From: an uncultured Candidatus Peribacteria bacterium
GTDB lineage: Bacteria; Patescibacteriota; Gracilibacteria; Peribacterales; Peribacteraceae
Direction: 5' to 3'
NCBI GenBank assembly: GCA_964601225.1
Contig: CAZRMM010000004.1
Span: forward strand, 12,972-76,971
Length of the DNA: 64,000 bases
Below are positions 9,262 to 18,138 of this stretch, piece after piece. Numbering within the stretch: position 1 is the first letter of the stretch; the number at the start of each line of letters is the position of its first letter. The position numbers were made by a program, and so were the translations under genes. Below the pieces are notes generated by a model. It saw only the letters and a program-made list of their open reading frames with translations. It did no database searches and was not told the DNA's origin.

Positions 9262-11553
9262 ATGACCCGCACTCGACCCTCCGTCAAAACACTCCTCGGC
9301 AAGGATCCGTCATCGGTCCCTCTGTCCTGCCAACGGGTGCTTTCGAGCGAATCCCCCGTACCGTCCGTCTGGATCGGGCCTGAGGAGGCGGCGAAACTGT
9401 TGCCTCGCGAGCTGGATGCCTACGAAACGGCCCGCGGGATCATGAAGCACCTCTGTATCCGCGCTCCCCTCGAGCACAAATCGGGACACCCCGGCGGCCC
9501 CCTCTCGGCGTTCACATTCAGTTACGGCGTGCTCCGCCGCCGCGATCCCCGTCGCGACGCGTCGTACCGCATGAGCGCGGGACACCTCTCTCTCCTTGCC
9601 TACGGACTCCAGTACCTCGGCGGTCGTAGCGGTTCGGACGCGCGACTCGCTTCCCCCGAGGCGATCATTAAGCACTTTCGCACGCCTGCGGGACTGCCCG
9701 GACACGCGGAAGCCGGCATCGGCGATATCCCCTTCGGCTGCGGACCGCTTGGAAAGGGAGTCAGTAACGCGCTTGGCCACGCTCTCGGGTGGAAGATGCA
9801 AGGGAAGCAAGGCTATACCGATGTCCTCGTGGGTGACGGTGACTGCCAAGAGGGCCAAATCATGGAGGCAGCACGCGTCGCCGCAAAGCTCAAGGTAGAC
9901 CGGCTCGTCGTCCACGCCGATGTCAACGATATTCAGTTGAGCTCGATCCCTTCCAAGGTGGCGTCCTCCGATCTCGCGGCGATCTTCGCGGCGATGGGGT
10001 GGGCCGTGATCGAGGTGCAGAACGGCAACGATCCGGCGCAAGTCGAGGCCGCGCTCGACGCCGTCGACGCGCTCGCCGGCAAGGGCCGTCCGATCTTCGT
10101 CTGTTATTACACGACGATGGGGTTCGGCATCCCCGCGATGGAGAAGGCTTCCGACGCCGGCAGGCCCGATTATCACGGTTCTCCGATGAAGGAAGACCTC
10201 GCGAAGGAGTCACTCAGCAATCTTCCCGCGCTCGACGATCTCGTCGCGGCCTACGAACCGCAACGCCGCGCACTCGGCCAACGCTACGAGGGCGCGCTTC
10301 CGATCTCCGCGGAACTTCCGCCACCGGCGAAAATCGAACGTGCCATCACGACGAAGAAGGGCGCCGCGCGGAAGGATTTCGGGGCGACCCACCTCAAGGC
10401 GCTCATGGCGAAAGATCCACGCATTGTCGTGTTGCACGGAGATCTGGCAGCCTCCGGCGGTTTCGACGAGGTGGAGAAAGAGTTCCCGGACCGCGTGATC
10501 AACGTCGGCGCCGCGGAGGCCAATATGGCGATGATGGCCTCGGGCCTTCGTCAAGCCGGCATGCTTCCCGTTACCTACACCTTCGCCGCCTTCGGCACAA
10601 ACGAGGCTCGCGCGTCGGTTCGCCTGATCGACGTCAACCTCGGGCACGTCCGTTGCGCCGCTCTCTACGACTGCACGCATTCCGGCCTAAGCGTGGGCGA
10701 GGATGGCGAGACGCACCAGGAGCGCAACTACCTCAACATTCCTTTTGATCACACCCAAGTATGGATGCCCGCCGACAGCAATCAGGCCGCGGCGGCAGCC
10801 GAACGCGGAATAGAGATGGTTGCCGAGGGAAAAAACAGCGTTTTTGTTTTCTCCGCTCGCAGTTCTCATCCGCAGCTTCTCACACCGGGCGGACAGCCGT
10901 TGTACGGCAAAGAGTATGTTTTCGACGGCAGGGCGGACCTCATCCGCGGCAAAGGCGATTTTGCCGATTCCGCGACGATTTTAGCGACGGGAATTCCCGT
11001 TCACGACGCAGTGACCGCAGCCGATGAGCTTCTCTCAGAAAAAATTTCCGTCCGCGTTCTTAACGTCGCTTGCGTACGTCCGATTGACGCGGCGTGCGTC
11101 CTCCAGGCGGCCCTGGAGACTCGTCATCTCGTGGTGGTCGAGGATCACCACAGCGAAGGCGGTCTCGCGTCCCAGGTCGCCGACATCATCGCCGACTTCC
11201 AGCTCCCCTGCTCGCTCCGCCGGCTCGGCGCGAACCATTACTTCCCGTCCGGGACCGACGCGGATCTCAAGATCATCGCCGGACTCGACGCCGAGAGCAT
11301 CGGACAGGCGGTCCTCGACGAACTTAAGGCGGAATCCCGCGGAGGAGAGGACGCGCTGGTCACGGTGCTCTACGCGCTCCGCGAGCGCGCGAGTAACAGC
11401 CGCTTCCGGCAGAGCATCGAGCCCTACCTGCAGCGTCTCGCCGACGATAAGGACTACGTTGAGCGTTTGCGCGACTACTGGGCCAAGAGCGATGCCTCCG
11501 ACAGTATGCCGTCCACGTCGGATCTCCAGGCGCGCCTGCGCCGGGACCGCTGA
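9262..11553 (+). CDS. tkt: transketolase (763 aa) with N- and C-terminal extensions
   Basis: 'KSGHPGGPLS', 'VGDGDCQEGQIMEA', 'SVGEDGETHQ' motifs. The ATG at 9262 is preferred because the upstream ORF part overlaps 8847..9227. Confidence 0.85.
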   Translation: MTRTRPSVKTLLGKDPSSVPLSCQRVLSSESPVPSVWIGPEEAAKLLPRELDAYETARGIMKHLCIRAPLEHKSGHPGGPLSAFTFSYGVLRRRDPRRDASYRMSAGHLSLLAYGLQYLGGRSGSDARLASPEAIIKHFRTPAGLPGHAEAGIGDIPFGCGPLGKGVSNALGHALGWKMQGKQGYTDVLVGDGDCQEGQIMEAARVAAKLKVDRLVVHADVNDIQLSSIPSKVASSDLAAIFAAMGWAVIEVQNGNDPAQVEAALDAVDALAGKGRPIFVCYYTTMGFGIPAMEKASDAGRPDYHGSPMKEDLAKESLSNLPALDDLVAAYEPQRRALGQRYEGALPISAELPPPAKIERAITTKKGAARKDFGATHLKALMAKDPRIVVLHGDLAASGGFDEVEKEFPDRVINVGAAEANMAMMASGLRQAGMLPVTYTFAAFGTNEARASVRLIDVNLGHVRCAALYDCTHSGLSVGEDGETHQERNYLNIPFDHTQVWMPADSNQAAAAAERGIEMVAEGKNSVFVFSARSSHPQLLTPGGQPLYGKEYVFDGRADLIRGKGDFADSATILATGIPVHDAVTAADELLSEKISVRVLNVACVRPIDAACVLQAALETRHLVVVEDHHSEGGLASQVADIIADFQLPCSLRRLGANHYFPSGTDADLKIIAGLDAESIGQAVLDELKAESRGGEDALVTVLYALRERASNSRFRQSIEPYLQRLADDKDYVERLRDYWAKSDASDSMPSTSDLQARLRRDR

Positions 11554-11618
11554 TGCCACGACGAAACGCGTCGCAACGCAACACGGCTTCACGGTTTCGT
11601 ACTGCACAATGCGCAACG

Positions 11619-12626
11619 ATGAAAACACCTCTCGCACTTTTTTCCGCCGTCATCGTCCTCGCACCGCCGTTCGCGGCAGCGGCTGAGATCGCGCCCACGT
11701 TCCCCGACATCCGTCTTGGAAGCGCGTACGAAGAAGCCGTTCGGTGGGCGTCGGAGAAAGGCATTTTCAAAGGTATGCCCGACGGACTCTTTCATCCGGA
11801 GGACGCTGTCGACCGTGCAACGGCTCTAACGTTGCTCGTGCGCCGCTCGGGGAAGGAAGTGGCGGCCGTCGGTTCGGGAAGCACTTTCCTGGATGTTCCG
11901 ACGGATGCATGGTATCGAGGCGCCGCTGAGACCGCTGTGGCATGGAAAATCATCGATGGACCGCCGAATCGTCCGAATTTCGAACCTTCGCGCGTCGTTA
12001 CGCGCGAGGAGTTCCTGAAAATGCTTGCCACTTCCGAGAGCAGACCTGTCTCCCCTTTTCCCTATTCCCCCGATACGGCCCTTTCTTCGGATACCGACTT
12101 CCCGGAGTTATGGAGCGCCGGTTTTCTGCGCGATGCGTATCTTCGCGGCGTCATTGACGTTGATGAAAAAGGCGCCCTCTCCCCTGCCCATCCTTTGACA
12201 AGGGGGGAAATCGCAATACTCCTTTGGCGCGACGACAGGGCGAACAACGGCGACGTCGGTCAAATTCTCGTCAGTGCCGCAGAACGGGAAATTCGAAGCC
12301 TCTTTGCTTTGATCGAGAAAAAGCAATTTTCTTCTGCGAACTACGGCGTTGTGCGTCTTCGAGCGCTTTCGGAGGCGATGCTTGTCAACGATCCCGATTC
12401 CTCGGTTACCCAGGGAATAGGAAAAATCACGAGCGCTTTCGCATTTATCCTTGAGGAGTATCGTGCGGGAATAAGGAAGTCACCGAGCGAGGTTGCGGTC
12501 AATGCTTCGAAAGTTCGGGCGGTGATCGAAGAACTGCCGACGGGAAAAGTCTTTACGGATCTCGGAAAACGAATTGGTGCCTTGGCTGCGGCCCTGGAAT
12601 CCCAGGCATCCGCTCACACGCAGTAA
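11619..12626 (+). CDS. SLH-domain surface protein with a C-terminal helical domain
   Basis: Signal peptide 'MKTPLALFSAVIVLAPPFAAAAE'. SLH repeats ('FPDI..AYEEAVRWASEKGIFKGMPDGLFHPEDAVDRATALTLLV', 'FLDVPTDAWY..'). Confidence 0.75.
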   Translation: MKTPLALFSAVIVLAPPFAAAAEIAPTFPDIRLGSAYEEAVRWASEKGIFKGMPDGLFHPEDAVDRATALTLLVRRSGKEVAAVGSGSTFLDVPTDAWYRGAAETAVAWKIIDGPPNRPNFEPSRVVTREEFLKMLATSESRPVSPFPYSPDTALSSDTDFPELWSAGFLRDAYLRGVIDVDEKGALSPAHPLTRGEIAILLWRDDRANNGDVGQILVSAAEREIRSLFALIEKKQFSSANYGVVRLRALSEAMLVNDPDSSVTQGIGKITSAFAFILEEYRAGIRKSPSEVAVNASKVRAVIEELPTGKVFTDLGKRIGALAAALESQASAHTQ

Positions 12627-12630
12627 TGTT

Positions 12631-12639
12631 TGCTACACT
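12631..12639 (+). promoter_or_regulatory. putative extended -10 element (TGCTACACT) for tRNA-Ser
   Basis: A TGnTAnnnT match sits 8 nt upstream of the mature tRNA 5' end. There is no good -35. Confidence 0.3.
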
Positions 12640-12647
12640 GTGGTTAC

Positions 12648-12737
12648 GGAAGCGTGCCAGAGTGGTCGAATGGGCCTGACTTGAAATCAGGTATGCCCGC
12701 AAGGGCATCGTAGGTTCGAATCCTACCGCTTCCGCCA
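12648..12737 (+). tRNA. tRNA-Ser (anticodon UGA), CCA encoded
   Basis: Acceptor GGAAGCG/CGCTTCC, anticodon arm CCTGA-CTTGAAA-TCAGG, long variable arm, T-arm GTAGGTTCGAATCCTAC. Confidence 0.9.
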
Positions 12738-12860
12738 AACTGCGGACTAGAGAACAGAATTCTTCCCTTGGTGGTGCCGTGAAGATGCTCGGAAAACCCG
12801 CAAGCGAAAAGAGGGCTTCAGCCTTGCCTGGGGAGTGCCATCTTAGTAGTGTGTTTCCTC

Positions 12861-13871
12861 ATGCGTACAACAATTTCCCTTCTTTCGGTGGCGACGCTGC
12901 TCTTCGCGTCCGTCACGACGGCGTCTGCACAAGATGGAAAGTTTAGGGATGTTTCTCCGGACGATTTTGCTGCTCCGGCAATTGAGTATCTTCGATCAAG
13001 GAATCTCATTGCAGGCTACGAGGACAACACCTTCCGACCGAATCAGAAGGTAAACAGGGCGGAGGCAGTAAAGCTCATAGCTTCCTCCATTGCAGGGGAA
13101 AATGAAATCAAAGGCGCGGGAAGGGCCTCTTTCAGCGATGTTCCGGAGGATGCGTGGTTTGCACCCTATGTCGCTTGGGCGAAGAAGCAAGGATTCGTCT
13201 CCGGGAAGGGAGAAACGAAGTCCTTTCAGGCCAGCCAAACGGTAACGAAAGCTGAGTTTTTGAAAATGCTTTTCCTCTCGCGCAAAATCGACCTACAGGC
13301 ATTCGGCGATATCACGGCCCCCTTGGCCACGGATGTGACAAGCGCAAAAGAATGGTACTTCCCGGTTATGCGGTATGGACTCGCGACAGGCGTTACCGCG
13401 GTGTCGAAAAACGGCACGCTCGGTCCCGCGAGGGAAGTTACGCGTGCAGACGCAGCCGTGTTCCTTTACCGTTTCTTCCTGTCGCGCGAAGGCTCAAAAA
13501 CGCAGGACTTACTCTTGTCTGCGAAGGATGATCTTGAAAAAACCCTGTCCGCACTCGAACGCGGCGATCTCACCATTGCCGACCAATCGTCCATTCGCGC
13601 CGTTCTGAGCGCACGAGGCGCACATCAGTTCCGACCCGACGAAGTTCCCGTAAAGGTTGCCGTTAAAACTGCGGAGGGTTACCGCTCTCTTGTTCAAGCG
13701 TATCGGTCGGGACTCGCCGGCGATTTACAGAAAGTGGTGACACTGTCTTCCGCCGCCTGGAAATCCGGCGACGCCGCTTTGAAAATTTCTCCCGATGCAT
13801 CGACTCTGGCAAAGCAGCTGCAGAAGTACGCGAAGAGTTTTGCGGACCAGGCGCGCGCCAGCATGCAATGA
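12861..13871 (+). CDS. SLH-domain surface protein, paralog-like to 11619..12626
   Basis: Signal peptide 'MRTTISLLSVATLLFASVTTASA'. SLH repeats ('FRDVSPDDFAAPAIEYLRSRNLIAGYEDNTFRPNQKVNRAEAVKLI', 'FSDVPEDAWFAPYVAWAKKQGFVSG'). The length and the C-terminal helical part are similar to those of 11619..12626. Confidence 0.75.
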   Translation: MRTTISLLSVATLLFASVTTASAQDGKFRDVSPDDFAAPAIEYLRSRNLIAGYEDNTFRPNQKVNRAEAVKLIASSIAGENEIKGAGRASFSDVPEDAWFAPYVAWAKKQGFVSGKGETKSFQASQTVTKAEFLKMLFLSRKIDLQAFGDITAPLATDVTSAKEWYFPVMRYGLATGVTAVSKNGTLGPAREVTRADAAVFLYRFFLSREGSKTQDLLLSAKDDLEKTLSALERGDLTIADQSSIRAVLSARGAHQFRPDEVPVKVAVKTAEGYRSLVQAYRSGLAGDLQKVVTLSSAAWKSGDAALKISPDASTLAKQLQKYAKSFADQARASMQ

Positions 13872-14278
13872 AAGCAATGCCCTCCATGCGTTTCACGGGC
13901 ACGGTCGTTCGCGGTCTTGGGATCGGCGGTACGCGCGTGCGCATACCGACGATCAACATAGAGGTCGCATGTGTCCCTGCAAAATTGTCGCACGGCGTGT
14001 ATGCGGGAAAAGTGCTTCTACAGGGGCATCTGCTGTCGGCGGCCATTCATTACGGTCCGCGTCCGGCTGTGAAAGCGCCTGAGAGTTTCGAGATACATGT
14101 CCTCGATACGCATATCGTCTCTCCGCCGAAGAAAATCGAAATAGAGATTTTGCAACGCCTTCGCGACATCAAGGACTTTCCGTCCATGGACGCGCTTAGG
14201 GAAGCCATTGCGAACGACGTGAAGCGCACGCGTGAAATCGTTGCGAATGCCTCGCCGGGCCAGCACAAGGTGGGTTAG
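13868..14278 (+). CDS. riboflavin kinase (flavokinase domain only, no FAD-synthetase domain)
   Basis: 'FTGTVVRGLGIGGTRVRIPTINI', 'GVYAGKV', 'FEIHVLD', 'LRDIKDFPSMDALREAIANDV' resemble the RibF C-terminal domain. The ATG overlaps the upstream stop (ATGA). Confidence 0.7.
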   Translation: MKAMPSMRFTGTVVRGLGIGGTRVRIPTINIEVACVPAKLSHGVYAGKVLLQGHLLSAAIHYGPRPAVKAPESFEIHVLDTHIVSPPKKIEIEILQRLRDIKDFPSMDALREAIANDVKRTREIVANASPGQHKVG

Positions 14279-14287
14279 CATACGAAC

Positions 14288-15604
14288 ATGGGCGTCCGTG
14301 CCGCAATACAGAAGCTCCTCCCGCCGCGTCATCCCCTGCGCGCCGCATATCATCGTGCGCGCGGACTCGTCGCCGCGACACGCGCGGGATTTCCTCAAAA
14401 AAGCCTTCGCATCATCGGCGTTACGGGAACCGATGGCAAAACGACCACAGTCGGAATGACGGCGCACATACTTCGATCCCAGGGAAGGAAAGTCGGCGCG
14501 TGCTCCACGACGTTCTTTCGCATCAACGACGAAATCCGGTGGAACGAGACGCATATGACGAGCGTTGAACACTCGGTCTTTCAACGGTCTTTGCAGGAAT
14601 TCGTAGACCATGGCTGCGAATACGCTGTCATTGAAGCTTCATCGCACGGGCTTGTTCAAGGACGGCTCGGGCCGATCCATCCTGAAGTCGCTGCGATTAC
14701 GAACACATCGCTGGAGCACCTGGATTACCACGGAACAATGAAGCGCTACCGAAGAGACAAGTCCATTCTCTTCCGGTGCTTACGAAGAGGAGGCACCAAA
14801 GTGATCAATGCGGAAGACGGAAGCTGCGAAATCCTTTCTCGCATTTCCCGCGGCGGGACCATCTTCTATTCGACGGAAGAAATGCCTCCAGCCGCCTCGA
14901 AAAACGACGGGCTGTTGTGGATCTCTGGCTTGAAAGTAAACGAAAGCGGTTCCTCGGCCAAAGTGCACTGGAAAAAGGACGGCAGAGAAACATGCGATGA
15001 CCTGCATCTCTCCATTCCCGGCTCGTACAATATGGAAAACGCCTTGGCATCCGTCGCCTGCACGCTCGCCGTCGGAATCGACATACACGCTGCCTGCCTT
15101 TCTCTAAAATCATTCCAAGGGATTCCCGGGCGACTTGAGCGCATCGACGAAGGGCAAAAATTCTCCGTTTTTGTTGATTTTACGGTTACTCCATTGGCTT
15201 ATGAGCGAGCCCTGACAACAATTCGCGAAATGCATCCGGGAGGCAGACTGCTGGTTCTCACGGGGGCCTGCGGCGATCGAATGCGAGAAAAAAGGCCGCA
15301 AATCGGTTCCATCTGCAGCCGAATAGCGGACGTCGTTGTCGTGACGACGGATGAGACTCGACAGGAAGATCCCCTCACCGTGATCGACGAAGTATGGGAA
15401 GGGGTGAATCAGACCCAGACGGAAGCGAAAAAAATCATCGATCGTCGTGAGGCCATTTCATGGTTGATGGAACAGGCAAAGCCGCATGACGCCGTCGTAC
15501 TCTGCGGCATGGGCGCATGCCAAAGCATGCAAACGCGAGACGGTCTCGTTCCTTGGGATGAACGCGAGGTGGCACGCGAGTGTCTTCGGGCATTGCGGGC
15601 ATGA
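14288..15604 (+). CDS. murE: Mur ligase family protein, MurE-like, lacking N-terminal domain 1
   Basis: P-loop 'GVTGTDGKTTT' at residues 44-54, 'EASSHGL', 'ITNTSLEHLDYHG'. 'VVVTTDETRQEDP' sits where MurE has 'DNPR'. Confidence 0.65.
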   Translation: MGVRAAIQKLLPPRHPLRAAYHRARGLVAATRAGFPQKSLRIIGVTGTDGKTTTVGMTAHILRSQGRKVGACSTTFFRINDEIRWNETHMTSVEHSVFQRSLQEFVDHGCEYAVIEASSHGLVQGRLGPIHPEVAAITNTSLEHLDYHGTMKRYRRDKSILFRCLRRGGTKVINAEDGSCEILSRISRGGTIFYSTEEMPPAASKNDGLLWISGLKVNESGSSAKVHWKKDGRETCDDLHLSIPGSYNMENALASVACTLAVGIDIHAACLSLKSFQGIPGRLERIDEGQKFSVFVDFTVTPLAYERALTTIREMHPGGRLLVLTGACGDRMREKRPQIGSICSRIADVVVVTTDETRQEDPLTVIDEVWEGVNQTQTEAKKIIDRREAISWLMEQAKPHDAVVLCGMGACQSMQTRDGLVPWDEREVARECLRALRA

Positions 15605-16332
15605 GACAAGTCCGCACGATTGCCGGCGTGGACGAAGCCGGAAGAGGAGCGCTCGCCGGTCCTGTCGTAGCCGCGGCGTGCGTTCTTCTTCTCCCTCTGA
15701 CTAAATTACGTTGTTCTCCTCCTCGTTGGCGACCGAAGGGCTCGCATAACGGCCCCTTGATCGCCGACAGTAAAATCCTGTCTCCTGAGGCGCGAGAGGC
15801 TGCGTTTGCATGGATTACTGCTCACTGCGTCTATGGCATCGGAATGTCTTCAGCCTTGGACATCGATCAGCACGGCATCCTTTGGGCAACGAATAAAGCC
15901 ATGTGCGTGGCAGTCGACAGTTTGAGGTGTCTACAGGAGGTTGATTGTCTTCTTGTCGACGGAAAGGACAAGTTTCAGTTCCCTGTGGAACATCGAAGCA
16001 TTGTGCGCGGTGACCGCACTGAGGCATCTATTGCGGCCGCATCGATCGTCGCAAAGGTCGCCCGAGACCGTTTATTGAGGGATGCGGAATCCATTCATGC
16101 GGATTTTCGTTTTTCCATTCATAAGGGATACGGAACTCCTGCACACCTAGCGGAGCTCCGCAGATTCGGCCCTACCTTGTTTCACCGGAGCAGTTTCGTT
16201 GCCAGGGCATTGGAAAAGCCGATTCTACGAACGGCGGGTCCTGTACCAATAGAGCAGCGCGCCGGCCAGAAAAAGCGGCGCCGTAAGCATTTGCCCCCTG
16301 GTAATGTGAATATTCGCGACGACGAAACCTGA
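15601..16332 (+). CDS. rnhB: ribonuclease HII
   Basis: 'IAGVDEAGRGALAGPVVAAA', 'DSKILSPEARE', 'HKGYGTPAHL'. The ATG at 15601 overlaps the murE-like stop (ATGA). The basic C-terminal tail overlaps lgt convergently. Confidence 0.85.
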   Translation: MRQVRTIAGVDEAGRGALAGPVVAAACVLLLPLTKLRCSPPRWRPKGSHNGPLIADSKILSPEAREAAFAWITAHCVYGIGMSSALDIDQHGILWATNKAMCVAVDSLRCLQEVDCLLVDGKDKFQFPVEHRSIVRGDRTEASIAAASIVAKVARDRLLRDAESIHADFRFSIHKGYGTPAHLAELRRFGPTLFHRSSFVARALEKPILRTAGPVPIEQRAGQKKRRRKHLPPGNVNIRDDET

Positions 16333-17004
16333 GAACGGTTGCTCTCGAAAATACTCAACAATGCACCGCAGAAACCCGTATTCCATGAGAAAAAGAGAGA
16401 AGGTTCTTCCATAGGGCTCTCCACGTTGTTTTGCGAGGTGCCAATAGCCCAGGAACAGTATCAAGACGTCTTTGAGCAGCGCGTAGATCTGAGTCGGGTG
16501 ACGCAATCCTTCCACTCCGGGAATGAATATGCCCCAGGGGAGCGTCGTAGGCGTGCCATAGAGCTCGAGATTGATGAAGTTCCCCAATCTTCCGAATGCC
16601 AATCCAAGCGCGGCAGGAACCACCGCTAGATCCGCCATGGCCCAAATAGAAATATTCCTTTTGTTACAAGTCCAAAAAACGGCGATCGCCACGCCGATAA
16701 ACCCGCCATGCGATGACATTCCCCCGTTCCATACGGCGAAAATCTGCAGAGGGTTCGCTGCATAATAGAGCGGCTGGTAAAACAAAACGTAGCCCAGCCG
16801 GCCTCCAACGATGACGCCGATGACGACCGCGGAGATCAGCGAGGACCACTCGTCCCGATTCAACAGCACTCGACGGAGATGTTGCAGGCGCGGAAGAAGA
16901 TAGAAGGCCGACAAAAAAGCCAGGAGATACATAATCCCGTACCAGTGGACGGAAAAACCGCCGATCGTCACGAAGACTGGCCGGGAGGGGAAGAAGGAAA
17001 TCAC
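16225..17004 (-). CDS. lgt: prolipoprotein diacylglyceryl transferase
   Basis: 'HWYGIMYLLAF', 'GGRLGYVLFY', 'GGMSSHGG', 'GRLGNFINLELYG'. Confidence 0.85.
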   Translation of the reverse strand: MISFFPSRPVFVTIGGFSVHWYGIMYLLAFLSAFYLLPRLQHLRRVLLNRDEWSSLISAVVIGVIVGGRLGYVLFYQPLYYAANPLQIFAVWNGGMSSHGGFIGVAIAVFWTCNKRNISIWAMADLAVVPAALGLAFGRLGNFINLELYGTPTTLPWGIFIPGVEGLRHPTQIYALLKDVLILFLGYWHLAKQRGEPYGRTFSLFLMEYGFLRCIVEYFREQPFSGFVVANIHITRGQMLTAPLFLAGALLYWYRTRRS

Positions 17005-17079
17005 GACTGCACTCTACCCCGCACGGAGTCTGAGCGCGAAGTGCGTGCGGGTGCGGCACCCTTCCTGTACCGTCTCTTT

Positions 17080-18138
17080 ATGAGAATTCTCGGGATAGAG
17101 AGCTCGTGCGATGAAACCTCGGCCTCCGTCGTGTGCGACGGAACCGTTGTCTTGAGTAATGTTGTCTCAAGCGCCAGTTCCCGATACGAAACGCTTGCCG
17201 GAGTCATTCCCGAGGATGCCGCCCGCCGGCAAATGGAATGCGTCATCCCGGTCATCGACGCCGCGCTGCGTGAGGCAAAAGTTGGTCATGAGGAAATCGA
17301 CGTCATCGCCCTCACCTATGGACCTGGTCTCATGGGTTCTCTTCTGGTCGGCACGGTAACGGCAAGAATGATTTCACTTGCCTTTGACTTACCTATCATC
17401 CCCGTTCATCACACGTTCGGCCATCTTTCCAGTGTTTGGCCCGGAACCAAATCTCCCGGTCCCCTTTTTCCCTGCCTTACTCTTTCCGTCTCAGGAGGTC
17501 ACAGCGACCTCTGGTTGCGTACCAGCCACTCGCAAGGCGAACTTCTGGGGCGCACGCGTGACGACGCTGTCGGCGAGGCTTTCGACAAAGGAGCATCCAT
17601 GCTGGGACTTCCCTATCCCGGCGGGCCCTCTATCGCGAAGGCCGCCGAAGGCGGTTCGATCGACGCGTATCGTTTCCCCGCGCCTTTGCACGGGGACGAC
17701 ACGCTGGATTTCAGCTTCTCCGGCCTGAAGACTGCATTGCGATACCTATTGCGCGATGAAAAGCTGACGCCTCCGTTGCCTGCTCAGGTCCTGATGAATG
17801 TCGCCGCGTCATATCAACATGCGCTCTGTTCCCACCTGGTTGATAGAGTCGTGAGGGCCTTGAATCGATATTCTGAAGTTCGCGAAGTGCACGTAGTCGG
17901 CGGAGTTTCATCAAGCACGCATCTCCGGACACTTTTGAGTGAGCGCGTAAATGCGCTTCCCGTACGTTGGCCTTCAGCCTTTGCGTATTGCACCGATAAC
18001 GCCGCGATGATTGCGTCTGCCGCATATTTTCTTTTCCGGGAGCAGCCCTCCGTTCTCGCTCAGCCTTTCGAGACGCTTGCAACGGCGACACTCGGAAATG
18101 TCCTGCGCCCTATTGAAGGAAGGGCAAAATCGCAGTGA
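17080..18138 (+). CDS. tsaD: tRNA N6-adenosine threonylcarbamoyltransferase TsaD
   Basis: 'MRILGIESSCDETSASVV', 'VHHTFGHL', 'VVGGVSSSTHLR'. The ATG at 17080 is preferred. Confidence 0.9.
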   Translation: MRILGIESSCDETSASVVCDGTVVLSNVVSSASSRYETLAGVIPEDAARRQMECVIPVIDAALREAKVGHEEIDVIALTYGPGLMGSLLVGTVTARMISLAFDLPIIPVHHTFGHLSSVWPGTKSPGPLFPCLTLSVSGGHSDLWLRTSHSQGELLGRTRDDAVGEAFDKGASMLGLPYPGGPSIAKAAEGGSIDAYRFPAPLHGDDTLDFSFSGLKTALRYLLRDEKLTPPLPAQVLMNVAASYQHALCSHLVDRVVRALNRYSEVREVHVVGGVSSSTHLRTLLSERVNALPVRWPSAFAYCTDNAAMIASAAYFLFREQPSVLAQPFETLATATLGNVLRPIEGRAKSQ

